Assembly: GCA_038147155.1 (NCBI GenBank)
Contig: JAYQTA010000002.1
Span: forward strand, 195,595-259,594
DNA length: 64,000 bases
From: Candidatus Australimonas brisbanensis
GTDB taxonomy: Bacteria > Chloroflexota > Dehalococcoidia > Lucifugimonadales > Australimonadaceae
Reading direction: 5' to 3'
Every line of letters starts with the position of its first letter. Positions within the stretch are counted from its first letter, which is position 1. A program made the translations under genes and the position numbers. The notes below the pieces were generated by a model. It was not told the DNA's origin and searched no databases. It saw only the letters and a list, made by a program, of their open reading frames with translations. Below are positions 33,559 to 43,477 of the stretch, in pieces.

Positions 33559-34818
33559 CTAACGCGCGAAGGCGGCGATGTCCGTGCGGTGCATCTTGCC
33601 GTCGTAGAAGACCTCGTTGGCGGCTCGGTAGGCGAGGCGGCGCGCCTGCTTGGCGTCCGCGTTCACCCCCACCACCATGAGCACGCGCCCGCCCGCCGTG
33701 ACCACCTGGCCGTCGCGCAGCCCCGTGCCCGCGTGGAAGGTGAGCACGCCTTGAGGCAGCGATTCGAGGTTCCCCACCACCTTGCCCGACTCGAAGGGGC
33801 CGGGGTAGCCCGCCGAGGCGAGCACCACGCCGATGACGGCATCGTCACTCCAGCGCAGGTCCAGCGCATCCAACTGTCCGTCCAGCACCGCGTCCACCAC
33901 GTCCAGCAGATCGTTCTCCAGGCGTGGGAGTATCAGCTGCGTCTCCGGATCGCCGAAGCGCGCATTGAACTCCAGCACCTGAGGGCCGTCGGGGGTGAGG
34001 ATGATGCCGCCGTACAGCACACCGGTGTAGGGCGCGCCGGAGCGGGCCAGCTCCGCCACCACCGGCTCGATGCAGGTCGTGCGGATGCGCTCCTCCAGCG
34101 CCGCATCCCAGAAGGGAGGCGGCGAGTAGCCGCCCATGCCGCCGGTGTTGGGGCCCCTATCGCCGTCGCGCACGCGCTTGTAGTCGCATGCCGCCACCAG
34201 GGGGGAGACGCGGGTGCCGTCGGTGAAGGCGAAGACGCTCACCTCCTGGCCGGTCAGGCACGCCTCGACCACCAGCCGGGCGCCGGCCTCGCCGAAGGCG
34301 CGGTCGGTCATCATGGAGTCAACGGCGGCCAGGGCCTCGTCCTCGCGCTGCGCCACCACCACGCCCTTGCCCGCGGCCAGCCCGTCCACCTTGACCACGA
34401 TGGGCGCACCCTGGGCACGGATGTACGCTTTGGCGGCCTCGGCGTTATCGAAGACGCCGAAGGCGGCAGTGGGAACGCCCGCGCGGGCCATCAGTTCCTT
34501 GGCGAAGGCCTTGGACCACTCGATGCGCGCCGCCTCACGGGTGGGGCCGAAGATGCGCAGCCCCTCGGCGCGGAACCGGTTCACCACCCCGGCCACCAGC
34601 GCGGCCTCCGGGCCCACCACCGTCACGTCGATGGCGTGCTCGCGGGCGGCGGCCAGAAGGGCGTCAACGTCGTCGGGCTTCACGTCCAAGTTGGTGGCGA
34701 TGGACGCCGTGCCCGCGTTGCCCGGCGCGCAGAAGATGCGCGGGGCGCGCGGGCTGCGCGCCAGCTTCCAGCAAAGAGCGTGCTCGCGCCCGCCGCCGCC
34801 GATGACCAGGACGTTCAT
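33559..34818 (-). CDS. purD: phosphoribosylamine--glycine ligase
   Basis: MNVLVIGGGGREHAL, ATP-grasp motifs, FNARFGDPETQ. Confidence 0.95.
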   Translation of the reverse strand: MNVLVIGGGGREHALCWKLARSPRAPRIFCAPGNAGTASIATNLDVKPDDVDALLAAAREHAIDVTVVGPEAALVAGVVNRFRAEGLRIFGPTREAARIEWSKAFAKELMARAGVPTAAFGVFDNAEAAKAYIRAQGAPIVVKVDGLAAGKGVVVAQREDEALAAVDSMMTDRAFGEAGARLVVEACLTGQEVSVFAFTDGTRVSPLVAACDYKRVRDGDRGPNTGGMGGYSPPPFWDAALEERIRTTCIEPVVAELARSGAPYTGVLYGGIILTPDGPQVLEFNARFGDPETQLILPRLENDLLDVVDAVLDGQLDALDLRWSDDAVIGVVLASAGYPGPFESGKVVGNLESLPQGVLTFHAGTGLRDGQVVTAGGRVLMVVGVNADAKQARRLAYRAANEVFYDGKMHRTDIAAFAR

Positions 34819-34839
34819 GCTGCTATTCCCACTCGCCTG

Positions 34840-36516
34840 TCATTCCCACTCGATGGTGCCCGGCGGCTTGGAGGTGATGTCGTACACCACCCGGTTGATG
34901 GCGCTCACCTCGTTGACCACCCGTGAGGAGATGCGCGCCAGCGTCTCGTAGGGCAGGCGCGCCCAGTCCGCCGTCATGGCGTCCTCGCTGGTCACCGCGC
35001 GCAGCGCCAGCACGTGCTGGTAGGTGCGCTGGTCGCCCATCACCCCCACGGTGCGGGTGTCGGTGAGGACCGCGAAGGACTGCCAGAGCTTCTCATACAG
35101 CCCGTCGCGCTTGATCTCGTCCATCACGATCCAGTCAGCGGCGCGCAGGGCGTCCAGCTTCTCGCCGGTCACCTCGCCGATGACCCGTATAGCAAGGCCC
35201 GGCCCGGGGAAGGGTTGGCGGTTCAGTATCTCGCCGGGCAGTCCCAGTTCGGCCCCCGCGAGGCGCACCTCGTCCTTGAACAGGTAGCGCAGCGGCTCCA
35301 CCAGCTTGAGCTTCATCCGCTCCGGCAGGCCGCCCACGTTGTGGTGGGTCTTGATCTTGTGTGCGGCGGTGGACTCCGGCGTCTGTGACTCGATGACGTC
35401 GGGGTACAGCGTCCCCTGGGCCAGGAAGTCCACCTCGCCCAGCGCGCCGGCCTGCTCCTCGAAGATGGCGATGAACTCGTTGCCGATGCGTTTGCGCTTC
35501 AGTTCCGGGTCCGTCACCCCGGCCAGGGCGGACAGGAACCGTTCCGTGGCCTCCACGTACACCAGGTTGAGCCCCAGGTTGCGGGTGAACACCTCGCGCA
35601 CCCGCTCCGGCTCCTCCCGCCGCAGCAGGCCGTTGTTTACGAAGATGCACGTGAGCTGGTCGCCCACCGCCTCGTGGATCAGCTTGGCCGTCACCGCCGA
35701 GTCCACCCCGCCGGAGAGGGCGCAGATTACCTTGCCGCCGCCCACCTGGGCGCGGATGCGCTCCACCGTCTCGCGCACGAAGTTGCCGGGCGTCCATGAG
35801 CCGGACAGGTCGCAGATGCGCGTGGCGAAGTTGCGCAGCATCTGGGTGCCCTGGGGCGTGTGCGCCACCTCCGGGTGGAACTGGATGCCATAGTGGCCCT
35901 CGTCGTCCGCCATGGCGGCCACGGGGGAGTTGTCGGAGTAGGCGATGGAGCGGAAGCCCGGCGGCATCTGCTCGATGCGGTCGCCGTGGCTCATCCACAC
36001 GGGCTGCTCGTCCTCCAGCCCCTCGAACAGGGGGGAGCGCTCGTTGCGGCGCAGGACGGCGAAGCCGTACTCGCGCTCGGTGGAGGAGGCCACCTTGCCC
36101 CCCAGCTGGTGCGCCAGCAACTGCATGCCGTAGCAGATGCCCAGCACCGGCACCCCCGCGGCGAACACCCAGGAGGGCGCCTGGGGCGCGCCCGGCGCAT
36201 ACACGCTGGCGGGCCCGCCGGAGAGGATGATGCCCTTCAGGTTCAATTTGTCCACCGCCTCGCGAGGGGCGTTGGGCGGGAGGATCTCGCAGTAGACGTT
36301 CAGTTCGCGGATGCGCCGGGCGATGAGGCGCGAGTACTGGGAGCCGAAGTCCAGCACCGCGATGGCCTCGGTGGGCGCGGGCGGCTGAGGGCTGTGCTCC
36401 GTGGAGTGGCCCTCACGCTCCTGCGCTATCTCCAGGTAGGTGGAGACCTCCACGTCCCCAGAGGTCTTGACCCGGTGGGTCTGCTCGTCGGGGGAGGCGG
36501 GCGGTTGCTGCGCCAT
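34840..36516 (-). CDS. guaA: GMP synthase (glutamine-hydrolysing)
   Basis: AGGAG precedes ATG 36516. GATase domain (GICYGMQ), ATP-PPase SGGVDS, C-terminal KPPGTIEWE. About 45-aa low-complexity N-terminal extension. Confidence 0.95.
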   Translation of the reverse strand: MAQQPPASPDEQTHRVKTSGDVEVSTYLEIAQEREGHSTEHSPQPPAPTEAIAVLDFGSQYSRLIARRIRELNVYCEILPPNAPREAVDKLNLKGIILSGGPASVYAPGAPQAPSWVFAAGVPVLGICYGMQLLAHQLGGKVASSTEREYGFAVLRRNERSPLFEGLEDEQPVWMSHGDRIEQMPPGFRSIAYSDNSPVAAMADDEGHYGIQFHPEVAHTPQGTQMLRNFATRICDLSGSWTPGNFVRETVERIRAQVGGGKVICALSGGVDSAVTAKLIHEAVGDQLTCIFVNNGLLRREEPERVREVFTRNLGLNLVYVEATERFLSALAGVTDPELKRKRIGNEFIAIFEEQAGALGEVDFLAQGTLYPDVIESQTPESTAAHKIKTHHNVGGLPERMKLKLVEPLRYLFKDEVRLAGAELGLPGEILNRQPFPGPGLAIRVIGEVTGEKLDALRAADWIVMDEIKRDGLYEKLWQSFAVLTDTRTVGVMGDQRTYQHVLALRAVTSEDAMTADWARLPYETLARISSRVVNEVSAINRVVYDITSKPPGTIEWE

Positions 36517-36649
36517 GGGGCTCCTGTGGTGGGACGGGTGAGGGTTGGTTAACGCTACCACCCGCCCGGAAAACGGGTCAACGCGGGCGCACGGGAGGTT
36601 CGTTTGCTATGCTGGCGGCCCGTCCGCAACCCACTCCTGCGAGCACCCC

Positions 36650-37660
36650 ATGCCCCCCGCCGTCGACAACCCGCTGGCCGCCCACCAGGACGCCGTGAAC
36701 GCGGCTATCGCCGCCGCACTGGAGCGGGCGGGCGCCTCGGGACTGGCTCTCTACCGCATGATGTCCTACGCCCTGGGCCTGGCTGACCGCGAGGGCGCAC
36801 CGGAGCGTGCGGCCCCGCCGCAGCGCGTGCTGGGCGCGCTGGCGCTGGAGTCGGGTGGGCAGGGCGCCATCCACGCCGCGGTGGCGGTGGAACTGCTGGC
36901 CGCATCGGTCCAGGTGCACCAGCAGATGCAGACCGGCGCCCAGGGCACCCCTGACCGGCCCGCCGTCTGGTGGGTGTGGGGCCCGGCCCAGGCCATCAAC
37001 GTGGGCGATGCGCTGCACGCCCTCTCGCGCCTGGCGCTGCTGCGCCCGGACGGCGGCGCGCCCCCGGCGCAGGAGACCGCCATCGCTGCGACACATGCGC
37101 TGGACACGGCGGCGCTCACCCACGCGGAGGGGCAGTTCCTGGAACTGACCTACCAGGAGCGCGTGGACGTGACCGTTGCGCAGTTCACGGACATGGCCCG
37201 CAAGCGACGGGGCGGGTTGTTGGGCGGGGCGCTGGCCGTGGGCGCAGCCGCGGGTGGCGCGCAGACGGGCCGGGTGGAGGCGCTGCGGGCCTTCGGCGAG
37301 ACGCTGGGCGTCGCTGCGCAGATGGCCGATGACCTGCGCGCGTTGTGGGGCGAGCCCACGGAGGAAGGACGCGGACGCGCCCTCTCCAAGAGCAAGCTCT
37401 TCCCCGTGGTGGAGGTGCTGGAGCGCGCGGACCTGGCGACCAAGCGCGCGTTGGGCAACGTCTACTTCCAGCGGGTGTTGGAGCCCGCGCACCTGGACAC
37501 CCTGCGCGCAACGCTGGAGCGCGCCGGAGCACGCGAGCGGTGCGTGAGCGCCGCCATCGAAGCCCGCGAGGCGGCGCTGGCGGCGCTGGGCGCGGCGGGC
37601 GAGCCACCGGCACGCTGGGCCGAGGTGGCCGCATCCCTGACACCGATACCCGAGGACTGA
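36650..37660 (+). CDS. polyprenyl-synthetase-fold protein lacking both Asp-rich motifs
   Basis: Aligns to the trans-isoprenyl diphosphate synthase pattern. The first DDxxD position reads VHQQMQT and the second reads ADDLRA. Confidence 0.7.
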   Translation: MPPAVDNPLAAHQDAVNAAIAAALERAGASGLALYRMMSYALGLADREGAPERAAPPQRVLGALALESGGQGAIHAAVAVELLAASVQVHQQMQTGAQGTPDRPAVWWVWGPAQAINVGDALHALSRLALLRPDGGAPPAQETAIAATHALDTAALTHAEGQFLELTYQERVDVTVAQFTDMARKRRGGLLGGALAVGAAAGGAQTGRVEALRAFGETLGVAAQMADDLRALWGEPTEEGRGRALSKSKLFPVVEVLERADLATKRALGNVYFQRVLEPAHLDTLRATLERAGARERCVSAAIEAREAALAALGAAGEPPARWAEVAASLTPIPED

Positions 37661-37663
37661 GGC

Positions 37664-38851
37664 ATGGCCAAGAAGACCGTCCGAGACATCGCATGGGAGG
37701 GAACGCGCGCACTGGTGCGCGTGGACTTCAACGTCCCCTTCGAGCGGGGCACCACCCGCATCTCCGACGACATCCGCATCCGCGAGGCGCTGCCCACCAT
37801 CTCCTACCTGCGCGAGCAGGGGGCACCGGTGGTGCTCTGCACCCACCTGGGCCGCCCCGGCGGGGAGCGCAACCCGGACATGGAGCTGGCCCCCGTGGCC
37901 GAGCGCCTCGCCGAGTTGCTGGGCGCGCCGGTCACCTACGTGCATGATGCGCCAGGCCCGGAGGCGCTCGCCGCCGCGCAGGCGCTGGGCGCAGGCGAGG
38001 TGCTGCTGTTGGAGAATGTCCGCTTCTGGGCGGGCGAGGAGGACAACGACGCGGACTTCGCCCGCTCCCTCGCCGCCCTGGCCGACGCCTACGTAAACGA
38101 CGCCTTTGGCACCGCTCACCGCGCCCACGCCTCCACCGAGGGGGTGGCGCACCACCTGCCCGCCGTGGCGGGGCTGCTGTTGGAGAAGGAGTTGCGCTTC
38201 CTGGGCGGCGCGCTGGATGAGCCCAAGCGTCCGCTCTCCGCGATCATGGGCGGGGCCAAGGTCTCGGACAAGCTCAAGGTGCTCCAGCGCCTGGTGGGCC
38301 ACGCCGAGCACATCTTCGTGGGCGGTGGCATGGCCGCCACCTTCCTGAAGGCCAAGGGGCTGGGCATCGGGGCCTCGCTCCTGGAGGAGCCGATGGTGGA
38401 CGAGTGCGCGAGGCTCCTGGAGCGCGCGGCAGGGGCGGGCACCACCCTCCACCTGCCCACGGACGCGGTCATCGCCCAGCGACTGGACAAGGGCGTCCCC
38501 ACCCAGACGGTGAGCGTGGATGACGTCCCCGACGGCTGGATGATCCTGGACATCGGCCCGGCCACGGCGCGCTCGTTCGCTGGGTTGCTGCGAACGATGG
38601 GCACCATCGTCTGGAACGGGCCGATGGGGGTGTTCGAGGTACCGCCCTTCGATGCGGGCACCCGCATCGTCGCGGACGCGGTGGCGGGCTCCGGCGCGGT
38701 GAGCATCATCGGCGGCGGCTCCACCGCCGAGGTGGTGGGCCACCTGGGGCTGGCGGGGAAGATGACCCACGTCTCCACCGGGGGTGGGGCGAGCCTGGAG
38801 TTCCTGGAGGGGCGCACGCTGCCTGGCGTTGCTGCCCTCAACGAGGCCTAG
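37664..38851 (+). CDS. pgk: phosphoglycerate kinase
   Basis: RVDFNVP, HLGRPGG, GGAKVSDK, GGGDT-equivalent GGGSTAE. Confidence 0.95.
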   Translation: MAKKTVRDIAWEGTRALVRVDFNVPFERGTTRISDDIRIREALPTISYLREQGAPVVLCTHLGRPGGERNPDMELAPVAERLAELLGAPVTYVHDAPGPEALAAAQALGAGEVLLLENVRFWAGEEDNDADFARSLAALADAYVNDAFGTAHRAHASTEGVAHHLPAVAGLLLEKELRFLGGALDEPKRPLSAIMGGAKVSDKLKVLQRLVGHAEHIFVGGGMAATFLKAKGLGIGASLLEEPMVDECARLLERAAGAGTTLHLPTDAVIAQRLDKGVPTQTVSVDDVPDGWMILDIGPATARSFAGLLRTMGTIVWNGPMGVFEVPPFDAGTRIVADAVAGSGAVSIIGGGSTAEVVGHLGLAGKMTHVSTGGGASLEFLEGRTLPGVAALNEA

Positions 38852-38877
38852 CGCCACTGGCGCACGAGGAGAGAGCG

Positions 38878-39645
<768 letters not shown>

Positions 39646-39647
39646 CC

Positions 39648-40574
39648 GTGCCCGCCGCGCGAGCGCCTGTCGTCTTCATCGTGGGGCCCACGGCCTCCGG
39701 GAAGACGGCGGCTGCCATCGCCCTGGCGTGTGCGCTGGCGGGGCACCCGCCCGCGGAGGCGGTGAACGCCGACTCACGCCAGGTGTACCGGGGTATGTCC
39801 ATCGGCACCGCCAAGCCCACCCCCGCCGAGCAGGCCGCGCTCACCCATCACCTGGTGGACATCGCGGACCCCCAGGACGGCTACTCGCTGGCCGCGTTCC
39901 TGGACGCGGCGCGGACGGCCATCGTGGACATCCAGGGCAGGGGGGCGGTGCCCATCGTGGTGGGTGGCACTGGGCAGTACGTGTGGGGGCTGGCCGAGGG
40001 GTGGCAGGTGCCGCGCGTGCCGCCCGACCAGACGCTGCGCGCTCGGCTTGAGGCCCAGGGCCCGGAGGCGCTGCACGCGCGGCTCGCTGACGTCGACCCC
40101 GAAGCAGCCCAGGCCATCGGCCCACACAACACCCGGCGGCTGGTGCGTGCGCTGGAGGTGTGGGAGGCAACCGGGGAGCCCTTCTCCGCCCAGCGCCAGC
40201 GCACCGAACCGACCTTCGAGCCGCTGCTGTTCGGCCTGCTCGTGCCCCGCGCCACGCTCTACCGGCGCATCGACGACCGGGTTGACGCCATGCTGGCGGC
40301 TGGCTGGCTGGAGGAGGTGCGCGGGCTGCTGGACGCGGGTTGCGCGCCAGACCTGCCTGCCTTCTCCAGCGCGGGCTACCGGGACCTCGTGGGGTATATT
40401 TTGAGTGAGATAAGTCTCGATGAAGCCGTGTACAAGGCCAAGATGGCCACGCATCGGCTCGCCCGCTCCCAGGACGGTTGGTTCCGAGCTGAGGACCCGC
40501 GCATCGTCTGGTGCGACGGGCAGGAGGCGCTGGTGGAGGCGGCAGCGGGGGCGGTACGCGAGCTCCTCACTTGA
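39648..40574 (+). CDS. miaA: tRNA dimethylallyltransferase
   Basis: GTG 39648 is internal to ORF 39381... VGPTASGKT P-loop, DSRQVYRGMSIGTAKP, GGTGQY. Confidence 0.9.
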   Translation: MPAARAPVVFIVGPTASGKTAAAIALACALAGHPPAEAVNADSRQVYRGMSIGTAKPTPAEQAALTHHLVDIADPQDGYSLAAFLDAARTAIVDIQGRGAVPIVVGGTGQYVWGLAEGWQVPRVPPDQTLRARLEAQGPEALHARLADVDPEAAQAIGPHNTRRLVRALEVWEATGEPFSAQRQRTEPTFEPLLFGLLVPRATLYRRIDDRVDAMLAAGWLEEVRGLLDAGCAPDLPAFSSAGYRDLVGYILSEISLDEAVYKAKMATHRLARSQDGWFRAEDPRIVWCDGQEALVEAAAGAVRELLT

Positions 40575-40636
40575 CGGAAGGGTGACGCTCAGGCACCCTT
40601 TGGCGAACCCCGCGTACGCGAGAAAAATCGAGGCAG

Positions 40637-41299
40637 GTGAACATGGATCCCATCGTTGAGGCATTCTCCAAGCTGGGCACGACGCCCGTGTCCGACGCCC
40701 TCGACCGGCTTGGCCTGGTCGGGCAGGTGCTGGGCATCAAGCCCATCGACCGCAAGTTCCGTCTGTGCGGGCGCGCCTTCACGGTGCGCACCGAGCCCGT
40801 GACCGCCGGCACCAAGGGCGCCAGCGTGGGCGACTACATCGACGACATCCCCGAGGGCGGCATCGTCGTCCTGGACAACGGCGGCGCGCTGGACGCCACC
40901 GTGTGGGGCGACATCCTGACCATCATGGCCTCCCGCAACAAGCTGGGTGGCACGGTGATCCACGGCGTCTGCCGCGACTCCGACCGCTCCCTGGAGCTGG
41001 GCTACCCCATCTTCGCCCGTGACACCTACATGCGCACGGGCAAGGATCGGGTGAAGGCCGAGGAGTACAACGGCCCCGTCTCCCTGGGCGAGGTGCGCGT
41101 GACCCCCGGTGACATCCTCATCGGCGACGGCGACGGCATCGTGGTCATCTCCAAGGAGCACGAGGAGCAGGTGCTCAAGACGGCCCAGGAGATCGACGCC
41201 ATCGAGGAGCAGATCCGCAACGAGATCCAGAAGGGCGGGCGCCTGGACGAGGCCCGCAAGAAGTTCCGCTACTTCTCCCTCCAGTCCCGCGAGAAGTAG
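40637..41299 (+). CDS. RraA-family protein, 4-carboxy-4-hydroxy-2-oxoadipate aldolase/oxaloacetate decarboxylase (LigK)-like
   Basis: TTPVSDALDRLG, VWGDILT, GTVIHGVCRD, GDGDGIVVI. Start is GTG 40637 or ATG 40643. Confidence 0.8.
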   Translation: MNMDPIVEAFSKLGTTPVSDALDRLGLVGQVLGIKPIDRKFRLCGRAFTVRTEPVTAGTKGASVGDYIDDIPEGGIVVLDNGGALDATVWGDILTIMASRNKLGGTVIHGVCRDSDRSLELGYPIFARDTYMRTGKDRVKAEEYNGPVSLGEVRVTPGDILIGDGDGIVVISKEHEEQVLKTAQEIDAIEEQIRNEIQKGGRLDEARKKFRYFSLQSREK

Positions 41300-41319
41300 C
41301 CCCCTGCCTCATGTCACCA

Positions 41320-41356
41320 GAACGGGGCGCCCGCGGGCGCCCCGTTCGCTTTGTTC
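41320..41356 (+). terminator. intrinsic terminator
   Basis: GAACGGGGCGCC-CGCG-GGCGCCCCGTTC is a perfect 12-bp stem followed by GCTTTGTTCG. Confidence 0.6.
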
Positions 41357-41463
41357 GAGCAGGCCCCGTGGGCCCTGGGCGGCCCTTGACCCCCCACGGG
41401 GGGCGGGTTAGCGTTTGCCCACCGGCGAGCGCTGGGTATCGAGCCATCACGGAGGCGACCTCC

Positions 41464-42576
41464 ATGCAGACCAACATCCCCTGTGTCCTGATGCGCGGTG
41501 GCACGTCCAAGGGCCCCTTCTTCCTGGCCAAGGACCTTCCCGCCGACCCTGACCTGCGCGACCAGGTATTGCTGGCGCTCATGGGCTCCCCCGACGTGCG
41601 CCAGATCGACGGGTTGGGCGGAGCTGACCCCCTCACCTCCAAGGTGGCGGTGGTGAGCGCCCCCTCCACCCGGGAGGACTGCGACGTGGACTACCTGTTC
41701 CTGCAGGTGGTACCCGACAAGCCCGTGGTGGATCTGACCCAGAACTGCGGCAACATGCTGGCCGGTGTGGGCCCCTTCGCCATCGAGCATGGGCTCATCC
41801 CCGCGCAGGACGGCGAGACGCCGGTGCGCATCCACATGGTCAACTCGGGCGATAAGGCCGTCGCCCGCATCCCCACGCCCGGCGGCGAGGTGGAGTACGG
41901 GGGCGACGCGCGCATCGATGGGGTGCCGGGTACCGCCGCGCCCATCTTCATCGACGTGGAGGAGACGGCGGGGAGCATCTGCGGCGCGCTGCTGCCCACG
42001 GGCAACCTGGTGGACGTGATTGACGGCATCGAGTGCACGCTCATGGACAACGGGATGCCCGTGGTGGCCATGCGCGCCGAGGACCTGGGCCGCACCGGCT
42101 ACGAGACGCGCGATGAGCTCAACGCCGACGAGGAGCTCAAGAAGCGCATCGAGGTCATCCGCCTGCAGGCCGGGCCGATGATGAACCTGGGCGACGTGAC
42201 CGATAAGGTCGTGCCCAAGATGTTCCTGTTGGCCAAGCCCAAGGCGGGCGGGGCCATCTCCACCCGTTCCTACATCCCCAAGGTGGCCCACGCCTCCATC
42301 GGCGTGCTGGCCGCCGTCACGGTGGCGACGGCTGCCGTGATGCCCGGCACCACGGCCTACGACCTGGCGGTCCGCCCCGAGGGCGCGCGCAAGGTGCTGG
42401 AGCTGGAGCACCCCACCGGCTTCTTCACCGTGGAGATCGAGACCGAGGGCCCCGAGTCCTCCCTCCACATCAAGCGCTCGGCGCTGCTGCGCACTGCACG
42501 GCGCATCATGGAGGGTCAGGTGAGCATCCCGTCGAGCGTCTGGGACGGCAAGAGCGCCCAGGCAGCCCACGCCTAG
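41464..42576 (+). CDS. PrpF-family isomerase, 4-oxalomesaconate tautomerase (LigU/GalD)-like
   Basis: GGAGG RBS. ATG 41464 is internal to ORF 41311... IPCVLMRGGTSKGPFF, SKVAVVS, QNCGNMLAGVGPFA. Confidence 0.8.
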   Translation: MQTNIPCVLMRGGTSKGPFFLAKDLPADPDLRDQVLLALMGSPDVRQIDGLGGADPLTSKVAVVSAPSTREDCDVDYLFLQVVPDKPVVDLTQNCGNMLAGVGPFAIEHGLIPAQDGETPVRIHMVNSGDKAVARIPTPGGEVEYGGDARIDGVPGTAAPIFIDVEETAGSICGALLPTGNLVDVIDGIECTLMDNGMPVVAMRAEDLGRTGYETRDELNADEELKKRIEVIRLQAGPMMNLGDVTDKVVPKMFLLAKPKAGGAISTRSYIPKVAHASIGVLAAVTVATAAVMPGTTAYDLAVRPEGARKVLELEHPTGFFTVEIETEGPESSLHIKRSALLRTARRIMEGQVSIPSSVWDGKSAQAAHA

Positions 42577-42584
42577 GAGTAGCG

Positions 42585-43463
42585 ATGACCGAGCGTGTAA
42601 TCAAGACCATCCCCGGCCCGCACCACAATCCCTCCAAGCCCGGGCTGGTGCTGCCGGCCAACGCCTGCGATGCCCACTGCCACGTCTTCGGACCGGGCGA
42701 GAAGTTCCCCTATCACCCCAACCGGGCCTACACGCCCCCCGACGCCTCGTGGGAGAAGCTGCGGGCGCTGCACGACCACCTGGGCATCGAGCGCGCGGTC
42801 ATCGTCCACGCCTCCTGCCACGGCCCCTACATGGAGGCGACGCTGGATGCCATCGCCCACTCCGGCGGGCGCTACCGGGGCACCTCCATCGTGGAGCCGG
42901 GCATCACCGACGCCGAGCTGCGCCGCTACCACGAGGGCGGCATCCGCGCGGTGCGCTTCAACTTCGTGAAGCACCTGGAGTCGGTGCCGGACCCCGCCGA
43001 GGTGCGCCGCATGGCCGAGCGCATCGCGCCCATGGGCTGGCACCTGGTGGTGCACCTGGACGCCGTGGACATCGATGAGCTCGCCCCGCTGCTGCTGGGC
43101 CTCCCAGTGCCCTTCGTCATCGACCACATGGCCCGCGTGAAGGCGGGCGACGGGCTGGAGCAGGCGCCCTTCCAGACGCTGCTGCGCCTCATGGCCAACG
43201 AGAAGGCGTGGGTGAAGATCTGCGGCGGGGAGCGCATCTCCTCCGACGGCCCGCCCTTCCACGACGCCGTGCCCTTCGCCCAGGCGCTCATCAAGGCGGC
43301 GCCCGAACGGGTGTTGTGGGGCACGGACTGGCCGCACCCCAACGTGAAGCACATGCCCGACGACGGCGGGCTGGTGGATCTGCTGGGCCTCTACGCGCCC
43401 GATGCCGCCACCCTCAAGCAACTCACGGTGGACAACCCCACCCGGCTCTACTGGGCGGACTGA
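42585..43463 (+). CDS. amidohydrolase, 2-pyrone-4,6-dicarboxylate lactonase (LigI)-like
   Basis: AGGAG RBS. ACDAHCHVFGP, HLVVHLD, VIDHMAR, WGTDWPHP. Confidence 0.8.
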   Translation: MTERVIKTIPGPHHNPSKPGLVLPANACDAHCHVFGPGEKFPYHPNRAYTPPDASWEKLRALHDHLGIERAVIVHASCHGPYMEATLDAIAHSGGRYRGTSIVEPGITDAELRRYHEGGIRAVRFNFVKHLESVPDPAEVRRMAERIAPMGWHLVVHLDAVDIDELAPLLLGLPVPFVIDHMARVKAGDGLEQAPFQTLLRLMANEKAWVKICGGERISSDGPPFHDAVPFAQALIKAAPERVLWGTDWPHPNVKHMPDDGGLVDLLGLYAPDAATLKQLTVDNPTRLYWAD

Positions 43464-43477
43464 CGAAGGGGGGAGAG

